From: Octopus sinensis
Lineage: Eukaryota
Assembly: GCF_006345805.1 (NCBI RefSeq)
Contig: NC_042997.1
Location: 78,988,001 to 79,052,000 of the forward strand
Direction: 5' to 3'
DNA length: 64,000 nt
The position numbers were made by a program, and so were the translations under genes. The notes below the pieces were generated by a model that saw nothing but the letters and a program-made list of their open reading frames with translations, was not told the origin of the DNA and made no database searches. This document shows, one piece after another, positions 40,623-54,684 of the stretch (position 1 is the stretch's first letter; the number at the start of each line of letters is the position of its first letter).

Positions 40623-41799
40623 GAATTTGATATTTATCTGCTGTCTTCCTTCCCATAGTTGAGTATCCATGAAGGCTTTACAAGACTGAAGGAAATGGTA
40701 ATTGTAATCCATGAGCAAAGTCTATAGTCAACAGCCTTAGTTCTTAACTTGAAATTCCGAACCAATATATTGTATATGTATTCATGTAGGATCTCAATTG
40801 AGTAATGTTGTTCATGCATCTGCACATGTGTATGCAGACCAAGGCATGATATTTTGAGGAAGATAACAGTTGCCCATACATGCAAGTCTGTGTTCTACTT
40901 GCCATTCATGCTTATCCAAGGAAAAAGGCTGTTAACTTGGACTGATACAGCCTGACACCCATGTCATTACAAACTGTCAGAATGCAAAGAGCAGAGGCAG
41001 ATACTGAAAAGCACCTTGCCCAAACCTCTAGCAGTTTTACAAATCCAATAACTAAAATAGCAACAGCATGGCCACATGGTTAGGGTTGTCTATTTAAGAT
41101 GTTGGCTTTGTAACCACATTGCTCTGGGTTCTGCATTTGATCTCTATATGTAGCACTTTCAGAAATGGTTTTATGAATTTACTAGCTCCAACTTATAGCT
41201 ATATATTGAATTTTGTCATTAAAACCACTAAGTGTTATAATAAATACTGGGTGATTTATTAAATGAGGTTATATCTGAAGAATTGTTTGACAGTTGCAAG
41301 AAAAATGTTTTGACAAAGTTTCTTAAGAATGATGGATAGAATGATTGCAATTGATTTTGATGTACTGTATTTTGTCCTTGAAGTTTCTTTAAGGGTAAAA
41401 TGTGCTATTTTCAAGGATTAAGTGATGTATAGGAAGTTTAAAGTGATATTGTTGTTTTAACCAAGTTTATGAATGCTTTCCTTAATCTAATTGCAAGAAA
41501 TATATATACATGTGTGTGTGTCCAGAAATCATTAAGTATGTTTTGTTGTAAAATATAACAAATGGATAAACTAGAGGAGCTTCAATACTTTCAGCTACTG
41601 CAATTTCTGTGTTTTATCCAAAGGTTACATTTTTACAGGGATACTGCATAATGTGTACACACTTATGTATATTAGTATATGTTTATGTATATATGTCTAC
41701 AATGTGACTCTGATGATGATTTAGAAGTACATATATATTATGTGTGTGGCATAGAATAATTGTTACCTTAATAATAATATTGAAAAATTCTAATTTATT

Positions 41800-44645
41800 T
41801 GCTCCCTTCCTTCCCATAATTGAGTATCCATGAAGGCTTTACAAGACTGAAGGAAATGGTAATTGTAATCCATGCTGCAACCTGTACCTGTAACTGCTTA
41901 CACCAAGCTGAAGGACCCATTGCCTTCAGGCAAGAGACTGCTAAAATCTTTCCAAGTGCTGAAAACACCCCCCACAACTTGCCTCCCAAGCATCTTAGGT
42001 TCATAAGCACGGAGCTGCCACAATCAATGTTGGCATCATGAAAGGTAGATCTGGTGAGATTGTTGAAATGCTTGAGTGGAGGTGTGTGCAAGAGGTATGA
42101 TGGAATGCAGTCTCAGCAAGATGGTTCGTGGGCAAGAAACATAGATACAAGTTCTTCTGGGTGGAAAGCAATGATGGGTTAGGTGGTGTAGGTATTCTTT
42201 TGGCAGAGAAATAGGTGGATAAGGTGACTGACGTAGTCAGGTTGTGTGATAGGATTATTAAGCTAATATTAATCCTGTTTAATGTAACAGTGTCATTTAT
42301 CTCTACATACACACCACATGTCAGACTTGCAGATATTCAGAAGGACCATTTGTATAAATCCCTTCAGCAGATGGGACTTCAATGGTCATGTTGGAAAAGA
42401 CTGTTGGTTTTCATGGCATGTATGGCTTTGGATCCAGAATTGAGGAGGGAACAAGGCTGCTGGAATTCTGGGATGCAAATGACTTAATGGTATGCAACAC
42501 CAACTTCAGGAAACCTACCAGCCATCTCATCACCCATCAATCTGGTGGGCACACAAGCCAGATAGACTACATCCTCACCAGAAACAGGGACAGGCATATT
42601 CTCAATGCAGTCTTTCCCAGGGGAAGAATGTACAACTTATCATAGCTTAGTGGTTAATGACTTCGGACTAAAGCTTGAAGGATCCTGAGACACAAACCAA
42701 TATTGGAAAGGAGGCTCTTGAAGCTCAAATGGGCAGAGATATAGAGATGTCCTTAACCCCTTGCAGACGGATTTAGTACTGACAGTCTGTGCTGTATACT
42801 AGTATTAGGCTGTTCAGTAACTATATAATTTTTTCATACAAGGAATTTTACAGCGTATTTACAGATTCTTCTCAGTGTGGTATATTTGAAAACACAGTGC
42901 CACACAGAACAAGACATGGCACTGCTTACACACACTGTTTCAATGTGGTCAGTACCACTTCCCATCTGCAAAGGGTTAATGAAGCCTTTGATGAGGAGGT
43001 AGAAATGGAGACATATGACAGAGAACAACTGGAAATTCTTATGGGACAATCTACTAAGGGCAACAAAACAGATTTGTGGTTGAAGCAAAGCTTCCGCCAG
43101 ACCAAGGGTGACATGGTGGTGGAACAGTGAGATAGACAGGGCTATAAAAGAGAAGAGATGAACCTAGAAAGACTGGAAGAGTGGGTATTGTAGAGAACCA
43201 TAGCTTAAAGAGAAACTAGGTGTCAGGTATATCTAGCAAGGGCAGAAGTAGAAAGGAAGAAATTTGCCTAAGTCTTGCAGCATGAAGATCAGAGACTTGC
43301 AGTGTTCTGGATGCCAGACAGTCTGTTATAGAGAATCAAGATGTTGTGGGAGAGAAGTGTGTAGAGACAGATAATGGTATGATTGCTCTTAGTGATCCTG
43401 AAAAGGAACGCATGCAAGAACTACTATGAGAGACTTAAATGTGGAGAATGAACCCAACAGAGGGACCTAGTTGACAGCAGCATGATAGATAGGCAATTAA
43501 AGATATGAAGACAGGGAAGGCCCCTACCCATCAGGAGTCACTACCAAGATACTCAAGATATCTGGTTGAATTGGATACAATATAGTCATCTGTATAGTTA
43601 ATCAGGTTATTCAGGATGATGTAATCTCTAGTGACTGTTGCAGCAGCATTATAGTCAGCTGCTACAAGGGCAAGACAGATGCCTTAGATAGAAGTAACTA
43701 TAGAGGCATAATTTTGCTGGACCAGGTAATGAAAGATATGGAGAGAGTTATAGCCCAGTTAATTAGGAACAAAATTAGACGAGATGAAATGTAGTTCAGC
43801 TTTGCATCGGGAAGAAGCGCCACTGATGCTATTTTCATAGTCAAGCAACTGCAAGAGAAGTACTTACTTAGTTAAGAACGAATTGTTGTACTTGGCATTT
43901 GTTGATCTAGAGAAAGCCTTCAACTGAATATCCCGCTCTGTGATATGGTGGTCCCTGAGGAAGCAAGGGATAGATGAATAGCTTGTGAAAGCAGTACAGG
44001 CCATGTACAGGGGTGCTGTTAATAAAGTAAGAGTTGGCCATGGGTACACTGATGATAGTAGTATACAGGTAGGTGTACAAGTTTAGTCCTCAGCTGCTCC
44101 TATTCATCATTGTCCTCCAGGCCACAACAGAGGAATTTAAGACTGGAAACCCATGAGAATTCCTATATGTTGATGATTTTGCCCTCATAACAGTACCTCT
44201 AACAGAATTAGAAAAGAAATTCCAGATATGGGAAACATAAACTGGAATCTAAGGGTCTTAAAGTAAACTTAGCAAAGACCAAGGTCCTAGTCACCAAGAA
44301 ATTAAACAGGAAACTTCACCCATCAGGTAAGTGGCCCTGTTTCATATGTAGGATGGGTGTAGGCAGAAATCCATCGGGTGTACCCAGTGAAAGCTATGGA
44401 CACACAAGAGGTGCAGTGAAATAGTTAGAAGATTAACAGAGAAGATGTAAGGGAGCCATAAAGACCACAAATACACAGGAAACTGATTTCCTTAAATGTC
44501 CTGGTGGCTCTCTGGAAGTTGTAGATAATTTTTGCTATCTAGGTGACCTAATTAGCAGTAGAGGAGCCTGTACAGAAAGTGTAATTACTAGAATAAGAAT
44601 AGGATGGAGAAAGTTCAGAGAGCTTTTACCTCTGTTGTCAACCAA

Positions 44646-44689
<44 letters not shown>

Positions 44690-45350
44690 GAAGGAAAAAT
44701 TGTATAATGCATGTGTATGAACTGCGATGCTGCATGGTAGTGAGATGTGGGCCCTGAATGCAGAGGTCATGTAATGGTTAGAAAGGAATGAAGCTGGTAT
44801 GCTCTACTAGATGTGTGATAGAGCATTGGTGTACTGAGGGAGAGGCTGGGAATAAGAGGAATTATATGCAGTGTGCAAGAGAGAAGACTGCACTGGTTTG
44901 GTCATGTGAAGCATATGGATGAGGACAGTTACATAAAGAAGTGCTGATCACTTAGTGGAGGTAAGTTGTGGAAAAGGGAGACTCAAGAAGACATAGGATG
45001 AAGTTTTGAAGGCCGATCTCAAAACGCTGAACTTTGCAAAGGAGATGACAAAGAACTGAGATAATTGAGGTCCTAAAACCAAGATGCTACATTAAAGTGT
45101 TGGTGTGGGTGCTGGTGCCATGTAAAAAGGACTGGTGCTGGTAGCACTTAAAAAGCAATAGTGATGATGCTACATAAAAAGCACTCAGTATACTGTGGAG
45201 TGGTTGGCATTAGGAAGGGTATCCAGCCAAAGAAACCAAGTCAAGACAGACTATAGAATCTGGTGCAGCCTCTGGCTTTACCAGTTCCTGTCAAGCTGTC
45301 CAACCCATGTCAGCATGGAAAATGGACATTCAATGTTGATGACGATGATT
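41800..45350 (+). mobile_element. Near-full-length, heavily decayed RTE LINE
   Basis: APE (NVGIMKGRSGEIVEML, GGVGILL, SQIDYIL) and RT (FVDLEKAF, LLFIIVLQA, LYVDD-like, LHWFGHV) with many stops; (GAT)n tail at ~45338; (CT)n expansion at 44650-44686. Confidence 0.85.
42757..42975. mobile_element. piggyBac-type MITE inserted in the RTE LINE
   Basis: TTAA|CCCCTTGCAGA...TCTGCAAAGGG|TTAA. Removing it restores the RTE reading RDVL-NEAF. Confidence 0.8.
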
Positions 45351-46426
45351 ATTCATAACCATGCTGTGTTGCATGCTTGACTTATTTTGATGGCTTAGAT
45401 ACAATTATGCCACAGCAGTTACACTGTCAGACATCTACATTACCCTAGGAGGATATATCTTGTTTTTATGTTTTATTGTGTAGAATAATCAAAGCTTTGA
45501 AGGCACTTCAAAACCAGTCAGATAATTACAGTTGATGTTCAGTTTGAAAATTTGTATATCAAGGACTTCAAGAGAGAAATTTCAATTGCCTGACATTATG
45601 GAAGAGAGGAAAGTGGGGTAGAGAGTAGGATTAATATAAGGAAAGAGATGGGGGTGGCAGTTAAAAAGAATTGGGTTAGCACCTGACAAATTAAGTAGAG
45701 GCTGTTGTAGAATTGATTGAATAGGTCGAATGAGAAAGCAATGTAACTGTAGGCCAGAGGTTATAGTGAGTTGATGCGAGGGCCTTTGCTAATCAAGTGG
45801 ATGGTATGCAGACTTAAGTATTTCCCCAGAGAAGAATACTAGAATTTATGGTTGCCTTTTGAAGATTTAAAAAGAATTGCAATGTTCTCTATGTTACGAA
45901 ATTATAATAAAATGGATTGGACCATTGAGAATTCAGTGCTGCTACCATGGGTAAAGAGCAACAACAACTGACTGCAGCCAACATCATTGAATTAGGCAAC
46001 ATTAACCCATGGAGAAACATAAAAATGGCCAACTTTATAAGGCCACTCAGGTAACCAGTATTTTCTGGATTAAAAAAAATCTTAAGAATTGAGTTTTTGA
46101 GAATGAGAAAGAATACTGACCATAAACAAGATTAGAGTAATAAAAAAAAGTCAGCAGTCAAAAATGTCACATGCAACTTAGAAATCTATTGCTTCAGATA
46201 TACTATAACTGCACTTGGATGAGAACCATGCAATATGTTGAAACATGCAGCTATGAATTTGCAAGAAGTACATTCTGTTCTCCACTGTTTTGTATGCTTG
46301 TACATTACATTGCAGAATCTTGTGCATGTGTGTATTGAGAGATAAAGAGATACAAGCTAGATACCAAACTGATCCTTTTGATTAATTTAATAATTTTCAG
46401 CCTTGTGAACTTTCAAACCTCTAGAG

Positions 46427-46698
46427 CAGGGGATCTCAACTGGTGTCCATATGGCCCTTTGAGGTTCATAGAGTTTATTGTTAAAATTTATGTGCAATAC
46501 ACAAAATGTATATAGCATGGCCACAGCTCGTGAGCTGAAACTAGATAAAATAAAAAATATTTTTAATACAATTCCTAATATTTATTTATAAAAATACAGT
46601 GAGATTTCTTTTCATTGCACATGGGGGCCCAGTACTGTAAAATAGGAATCAAAGGGCCCACAGGCAAAAAAAAAAAAAAAAAAGGTTGAGAATCATTT
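46427..46698. mobile_element. hAT-like MITE (decayed)
   Basis: CAGGGGATCTCAAC...GTTGAGAATCA ends; the left flank CTCTAGAG resembles the hAT target consensus, but the right TSD is degraded. Confidence 0.45.
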
Positions 46699-47442
46699 TA
46701 GACTCTGGTGGTGGCTACAGTGTAAGTGGGTGAAGTCAGTACTGTTTCTCTACATTTATTATTAGTCTTGCAACAACATTGATGTTGGTTGCAACAGTAA
46801 TCTGTGTTTATTTTCAGACAGGATATTCCTTATTGAATGCTGGTTGGAATGATGTAGTTTAACAAAAAGTACTCACAAAATGTCAACAATGTGCAAATAT
46901 AATAAACATAAAAATATTTATATGTTTGTAATAGCCTATATTTGCCAGCTTTATCTTAGATGTCAAAATGGAAATTGAAATTACAAGACTACAATTTCAA
47001 ATCTTAGTATTGCTTCAATATTAAAGCAAGCAAGCTGGCAGAATCATTTGTATGCTGGACATGTTTAGCAGCATTTCTTCTGGCTTTATGCATTGAGTTC
47101 AAATTCTACGAAGGTCAGCTTTTATCCTTTCAAAGTTGATAAAATACATACCAGTTGAGCACTGGTGTCACTGTAATCTACAATTCCATTCTCTTAAATT
47201 TCAGGCCTTGTGCCTTTAGCAGAAAGTATATTTCTTCAATATTCAATGTAGTTTATATAGCTTTATGGCAGAATATCTGAGAAAACGAAACTAAAATGTA
47301 TTCATTAGTGGCAGTATTAGTATTGTACTTTCACAAGGTTTTCAATTCCAAAATCTTTTCTATGACAAATGCAAGAATTTGAGTCTTCAGATTCTTCGTT
47401 TTGAATTGAAGACAATTTTAAATCTATTGTCTATAGTATTAA

Positions 47443-47828
47443 ATGTTCGGCATAGTTTCGGTTGTAGTAGCACAGATTTCCGTCGATTTCCGTAAAAAAC
47501 TTTTATTTTTTTTACATAAGTATCGGTTGTAGTAGCACAGATTTCCGTCGATTTCCGTAAAAAACTTTTATTTTTTTTACATAAGTAATGAGAGCGAAAG
47601 AGACTAAGAGGAAGCGATTTTACGACGAGAAGGTTTCTCTTTGAAGTCGGCCTGTGTGTGTTTGATGGGGTGTGGGAGACAGACAGTATGTTGTGTAAGT
47701 GAAGTGCTTTTGTTAGTGTGCGAAGAGACAGACATACATATACACATACACCGAGTAAAAAATTACGATGAATCGGCCAAACATACATACATACACACAC
47801 ACACATACATAGATACATACACACACAC

Positions 47829-47859
<31 letters not shown>

Positions 47860-48440
47860 TAGATACATACACACACACACATACATGCAGACATACATAT
47901 ACACATACACCGAGTAAAAAATTACACTGAATCGACCATACATACATACACACATACATACATACACACACACATACACAGATACATACACACACACACA
48001 TACATGCAGACATACATATACACATACACCGAGTAAAAAATTACGATGAATCGGCCATACATACATACATACACACACACATACTTACACACACACACAT
48101 ACATAGATACATACACACACACACATACATACATATACACCGAGTAAAAAATCAGTTATCTCTCTCTTTCACACATTACTCTCTCTGTCTCTTCGCACAC
48201 ACTAACAGAAGCACTTCACTTACACAACATACTGTCTCCCACACCCCATCAAACACACACACACACACACACATGTACATCAATGCTTCCCCTAGACGGT
48301 AACTTCAAAGACAAACTTCCCTCGTCATAAAATTGCTTCCTCTTAGTCTCTTTCGCTCTCATTACTTATGTAAAAAAATAAAAGTTCTTTTACGGAAATC
48401 GACGGAAATCTGAGCTACGACATGCGAAACTTCGCCAAAT
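47443..48440. mobile_element. ~1-kb element with ~250-bp inverted arms and a CA-rich minisatellite core
   Basis: 47521-47730 is the reverse complement of ~48186-48420. The core has four CCGAGTAAAAA-anchored units, and the left arm has a ~62-bp tandem duplication. Confidence 0.75.
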
Positions 48441-49559
48441 GTTCTTTTATTCTGCAGTCGTATAAATGTTATTTCTATACAGAATGATATTTTTGTCCTT
48501 GAAAAAAAAAAAACTCTTTTTTAAATTATACAAAAAAAACAAAAAACAAAAAACACGGCGCTCCTTTAGAAACGCACCTCTCCAAGAAAATGAAATACGA
48601 GGGGCGGTATTTACTTTAACCAGTCGGCTATTATGATACGAGGAGTTTGACAATATCGTTTGCAAATTCTTGATTGTTTTTAATCAGTTTTTTTTTTTTT
48701 TACTGTGTACACTCGCTTTACCTTCGCCCATTTTATGATGTAATATATGACAAAAATAAAACAGAGTAAGTATGTTTAAGACGTTTGCAAGTTTTGTAAT
48801 TTTCATTTTCAGTTTACAGAGGAAAATTGGCCCCTCGTATCATTAATAATACCTGATTAGTAAAAGCAAATTACCGCCCCTTATATCCTCCGACATGATT
48901 AACTTCGCGAGTGCCCGTTTTCGGTTTGTTTTATTTTTTAGTATAAAATATCTAAAAATGGATGAATCTTTCTAATTTTTTGCCTACATCATTTATTTTG
49001 TATATATTTTCTATAACTTTTTTTTTTAAAATTGAATTTTAATTTCTTGCTGGAAACGATAACTAAGTACATAAATTTTGTTGGCATTTGCAAGCATTTC
49101 AAATTGTCAGAAATTAAAATTCCCCAAGGTGACGAGCTGGCAGAATGGTTATCGGCATTTCTTCAGCTTTTCGTTTTGATTTCAAATGCTCCCAAAGTCG
49201 ACAGAACAAATACCAGTCGAGTACTTGGGTCGATTACATCGACTTCTCCCTCCCTCCAAAAACTGCTCACCCAGTATCAAAATTTGAAACAATCATTATT
49301 ATAGAGAAATGGTAAATGCATCTGGACACACAACTGTGTACAAGCCATATCTAAGCTTTATCAAGGATTCCCTTAAAACCAATAGAATTTCATATGCCGC
49401 TTTGTATTCCTGGTATTTAATTTCCAAACTGTTAAATCTTTTGCAATCGTCTCGCAAATATTAGAATTTTAAGGATTTCTGCATATCACCAAAATATTTC
49501 AAATTGACGTCAACTTACTGCTTTAACAAAAAAAACAAATAAATAAAATAAGATAAAAA

Positions 49560-52250
49560 GGTGGAGCTTGACGACAGTCATCCACCCACAAAAACAGAGC
49601 TTTCGGATTTTTTTTTCTCAGCGGATTCCTAGGTTTTCAATGACGGAGATTCTGAATATGCAAACAAAATGGTATTGTTTGATTCTTTCACCCGCACCAT
49701 TTTCACTAAGAAAAAAAAAAAAATTCGAATTTTTTGCGTGGAATCAAGTAATATGCTGCAAAACTTATTTTTGTTCTGAAAAAAAAAGGTGGGGGGAACC
49801 GGACCCCGGAAAGACTTCCTCCCCATCTTCTCCCCCCCCCCTTTTTTTTTGTCAAAAACCCGTTTTCGGAGACGTAGATTCTGGAAAATTGTCAAAAACC
49901 GGCAGTTTGAAATTTCGACCTCCCCATTTCTTCATTTTTCATTTCCGTAACCCTAACCACCAAAACTTTCGGAAATTTTTTTTCAGAATCATATTCTCCG
50001 TATTTTTCCGCTTATTAATAAAAAATTTCTGAAAAAAGTTTTAAATGAAGACAGTAGGGTGGGGGTAATTTAAAAATGCCAATTTTTTTTGCAGATTCGT
50101 ATTCTCCGTAGCCGAAAACTGAGGTTTGTGTAGAAAAAAAAGGGGGTGTTTTGGGGGTGGGGCTACAAAAAGAAGTTTTGCCCTAAACTTTTTGGGGTTC
50201 ATAAAACAGGGTAGGGCGGGGTGGAACCCTCGGAAATTTCACCCCACCACCATTTTCAAATATTTTTTGCTATTTCTTTATCCATAATTTTAGATAACAT
50301 TTTGCAGAAATACGTTTTCCAGAGAGTGTGGATTACTTTAGATTGAAAATTCAAAGAAGTTTGAAATGAATAAGTGAAGATGCAGAGGTTATAGAAGTCA
50401 CAGTGGTACCGAAGTCAGTGGAAAGATAAAGAATGATAAATAATCTAAAAAAAATAAATAAATAAAATTAAAAAAAACATATAATAATCCCGAACAGATT
50501 TTCCTGGCTTGCCAGTCCTCAGTCAAACCGTCCAACCCATGCCAGCATGGAAAGCAGACGTTAAACGACGGTGATGATGATGTATATAATTATGATAGAG
50601 TGTTACCCATTCAACGTTTTAGTAAACTTCGTCACCCACTCTCTCTCCACACAAAAATGTAACACATTTCGGCGCCAAAAGTAGAATTTCTTTTTGCAGC
50701 TGATCTTTTCACCAGCATGATTTTCACTAAGGTAAAAAAAAAAAAAATTCCAATGAATCCAGGACGGAGTTCCCTAACCCTGACCCTCTAACCGTAACCC
50801 TAAAACCCCAACTCTGAAAAGATCAATGGGAGGTGGGTGAAATTTCTGAGGCTTCCACCTCACCCCACTCTGTTTTTCGGACCCCCAAAAGGTAGCATAT
50901 TAGGTCACAAGAATTCATTCAACGAAAAAAAAAAATTTCCAATGATTCCGGGATGGAGAGGTCCCCCATCGCCTCCTTTTTTTCCGAACCAAAATAAGGG
51001 ATTTGCAGCATATTGGGTCAGGGTACTTGATTCCACGCAAAAAAAATCCTTTTTTTTCCTTTGAAAATCGTGCTGGTGAAAAGATCGAGGGGGGGGGGGG
51101 GGTTTCGAAGCTTCCATCTAACCCCACCCCATTTTTCGTGTTTTGCAGCATATTAGGTTATAGGAATTCATTCAACGAAAAATAAGGGATTTGCAGCATA
51201 TTAGGAGGTCAGGGTTCTTGATTCTACGCAAAAAAACAGAGTTTTTTTCCTTAGTGAAAATCGTGCGGGTGTTACACAAAAAAATTACCAAAAAAAGTTC
51301 CAATGATTCTTGGATATGGGCGGGGGGCTTCCCCTCCTTTTCCGAACAAAAATAAGGTGTTTGGGATCTTTTCCTTTTGAACGGCACATGTCAACACAAT
51401 TTTTAGTTAACTAAACACTTTTAAACTTCGTATACTGGTAGAATGTGTTTATAAAACATTTTTTCTTGGCTTTATTGAGAAAATTCTATATGTTGTAACA
51501 TATTCCGTCTTTAATTTCGAGCATTTCGGCAATTTTAACCAATTGCTGGCCTCCATTTAGGTAAATAACATTCTCAGCATAATGAATATGTCCCTCCTTT
51601 AAGAAACAGATTGGGTTTATTTACATTTGTGAAGAAAAAAGATACCCTTCCCCCACCCCTAACCCTAAATCTAAGATAGATTGAAATGCAATAGATCGAT
51701 ACTAGGGTTATAATTATGGGTGACAATTTCATACGACACCGCTACGGAAAATGGGATTTTTTTCTAGCGGTGTCAAATGAAAATGTCACCCATAATTATG
51801 GCCCTGGTATCGATATATTGCATTTCAAGCTATTTTAGATTTAGAGGTGGGGAAGGGTATCTTTTTTCTTCACAAATGTAAATAAACCCAATCTGTTTCT
51901 TAAACGAGGGACAGCACGGAATGTTTTCACCCCCAAATGGAGGTCAGCGATTGGTTAAAATTGCCAAATTGCTCGAAATTTCAGACGAAATATCTTACAA
52001 ACCATAGAATTTTCTCAATAAAGCCAAGAAAAAAATGATGTTTTATAAACACATTCTACCAGTATACGAAGTTTAAAAGTGTTTAGTTAACTAGAAATTG
52101 TGTTGACATGTGCCGTTCAAAAGGAAAAGATCCGGTGTTTGCGGCATATTAGGAAGTCAGGGTACTTGATTCCACGCAAAAAGTCCGAGTTTTATTTTTT
52201 TTTAGTGAAAATCGTACGGGTGAAAGGATCAAATAATACCTAGTTTTTTT
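49560..52250. repeat. Degenerate ~130-200-bp repeats in both orientations with telomere-like (CCCTAA) variants
   Basis: Recurrent GCAGCATATT(A/G)GG...GGTACTTGATTCCACGCAAAA and GAAAATCGTGC..GTGAAAAGATC; CCCTAACCCTGACCCTCTAACCGTAACCCTAA at ~50773; many long homopolymers. Confidence 0.6.
51364..52133. mobile_element. 770-bp near-palindromic Merlin-like element, copy 2
   Basis: Same termini and central spacer as 39820-40622; exact 8-bp TSD GGTGTTTG (51356-51363, 52134-52141). Confidence 0.9.
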
Positions 52251-53729
52251 TCGCTTTCAGTGTATCCAACGTAGGTGCACTAAAGGAGAGTTGGCAGTTA
52301 TTTCTAGCAGGTCGAGCAATTGCGTAGAGGTTGCCCACGTTGGTTTGAAACAAAATAGTATTCAGTAAATTTCAAAAACTGAAAGTTGCTGTGAGACCTT
52401 AGAATGGCGAAAAGTAATAATATAGAACAAGGCTAAAAAAAAAAAAAAATTTAAATGTGGGTCATGGAAAGAATCCAAAGACGCAGCTAGGAATAGCGAA
52501 AGACGTTAACTGTCACAGCAAAAGACACTGGCAAGATGGCAATACTGACGAGTAAATCGGAGGATCAGGTTAAATGTTATACTTGACTTACATGAAAGTC
52601 ATTAAAGCAATTAATTAATGGAAGATTACAAATGCGAGGTTCTTTCGATACTAGTGTAGATTAAAAAGATGAAAACTTAAAAATTTGTTATTAAACAAGT
52701 CAGGGTTTTATTAAACTTGTGCTCAAAGTTTAGCTCGCCTTTTATTTGTGGCGAAGGAAGCAAATGAAGCATTTTGTCTCAAAATCATTGGCCATCTGGT
52801 TTTATAACGTACCGTTCACTTATGTATAAGTTATACAGATTAAAACAACTATCGTCATAGAACCAATTAAAAACAAACAAACAAACAAACAAAAAACGAA
52901 CACTTTCATGAGCACAGCAGGAGTGCAAACTAATAAAATTACTTTTTAGAAAATTCCATAAAAAAGTGAAATCGATACGCTATACTCCTAGATCGCTACT
53001 TTAGCTATACACTTAAAAAAGGTCGCCCAGTCTTATGAAAGAAGTGGCAGAGTAATAAATGATTTAAGTTTACCGGTTTTAAAGATTGAGGTGGCTCAAG
53101 TTTTTACAGCTGAACTTATGGATACAAACGGATAAATTTATGTCGGCCAAGTACAAACTAAATAATTAAACAGAAAAAAACTGAAAAAATTGAAACCAGA
53201 AGCTTATAAGCCTTTTGAAGGCCCGTGAGAAAAATGAAAAACCAAGACCAGTTTTACAATATATTAAAGAAAAATACAAATACAAACCTTTAGGGCTAGG
53301 CTGAAGACATTTTTATGGCAAAAGTACTTTCCAATAATAAGGTACCTTGATAGATAAATCAGCTGTACCTAAATCAAATGACGGAGTTTTGGAATAGCAA
53401 TCAGAAATATTAAATAATAAATCTCGACTCAATTCTTTCCCCACTTTTCATTTCCCACGAAGCAATGATAGCTGTTGCAAAACTCCGCCGAAGCGACACC
53501 TTTTTATATTGATTTTCAATGAAAATGGGATAGCAATGGAATTTATAAATCTAAAACTACAGCACTTCTATTTTTTTTAAAATCTATCTTATGCGGAACG
53601 ATAACAAAATTTGGCGTGGAAAGGTTTAAGACACAAAACCCAAATACAGTTAAATTACAAAATTTTATGTAGGACAACTTGAACAAACACCAGTACAGTC
53701 AAAACAATATTCAGTGACCATTATTAAAG

Positions 53730-54559
53730 TCAGGTATAAATTATTGGAGTAAATTCCTTCAAGACAGGTTTGTATATCTGAGGTGCATGCTTGACCGGAG
53801 GTTTCTTTTTCACAGTTTTGAGAAGTTCCCGGCGGCGAATATTCTTTCGCTGTCTTCTTGATCGCTTAATTTGATCAGAATCTGCCGACTGGTTAACTTC
53901 ACTGGAATCCGGATTTTCTGCAGACATATTGGAGCTGCTTTTTGTATCGATATTGTCCTCGGAATCAGATGTTGTAACAGGCATATTGTCTGGTGCTTCT
54001 CTCAACAATAACTGTCAAAGATTTTATTACGCTGCGTTTCTTTGAAAGAGTTCTGGGCGAGTCTATTGTTATCTCAGGAAATGTTTGGTGTTGTACAGGT
54101 AAAAACCATCATATATTCCAAATCTAACTAGCGTTGTTAGGTTTTCTTTTATCAATTTTATATTTTCTAATAATTTTTTTGATACTTGTTTTAGTTTTGT
54201 GGTTGCTCTGGGATGCATTGCTACTAATGTTCCGGGAACCTCACAACTTTTCAGGTCTTTCACCATCAATCCTCCTCACCCAGTCGTATAATTTATTAAA
54301 ATATACAAATTCTACATTTTGTTTCACCAACGCCTCATGAACAGAATGACGAAAGCGTTGGCGCCAAGAGCAGCCAGCGATATCGATTCATCATCAGCAA
54401 ATCAACTTTATGGGATTCTTTGTTCAAGCGCGACAACCATCATTCCCGCTTCATGAGGCAAAACAGCAACCAGCGAATAAAGGAACATGTCGTCATTGAC
54501 TCTGTCTTCTGCTTCTCTGCCACACCTCCCTTATCTATGGTTGATCCTTCATATTACAG
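53730..54559 (-). pseudogene. Candidate decayed or frameshifted coding segment of unknown family
   Basis: Strong minus-strand acceptor (TTTCTTGGGTTTGCAG, AG at 54561-54560), followed by protein-like frames that can be chained only through stops or frameshifts, ending in the 92-aa ORF 53730-54008. Confidence 0.3.
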
Positions 54560-54684
54560 CTGCAAACCCAAGAAAGTAGAAACAGAAACCAAAATAGCAA
54601 TACTCTACAAACACAAACATCAATAAATCTCTCTTAAGAACAATATTTCAAAATGTACATATTTTCGTTTTTGGTTTTTCTTTA

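Noticed and set aside
47387-48140. ORFs up to 212 aa of CVCVYV type
   Set aside because: Translation of CA/TG microsatellite sequence.
48595-48880. GC-box-like GGGGCGG / CCGCCCC motifs suggesting a promoter
   Set aside because: They are two inverted copies of one ~45-bp repeat with TACGAGGGG mariner-like ends; better explained as a MITE remnant.
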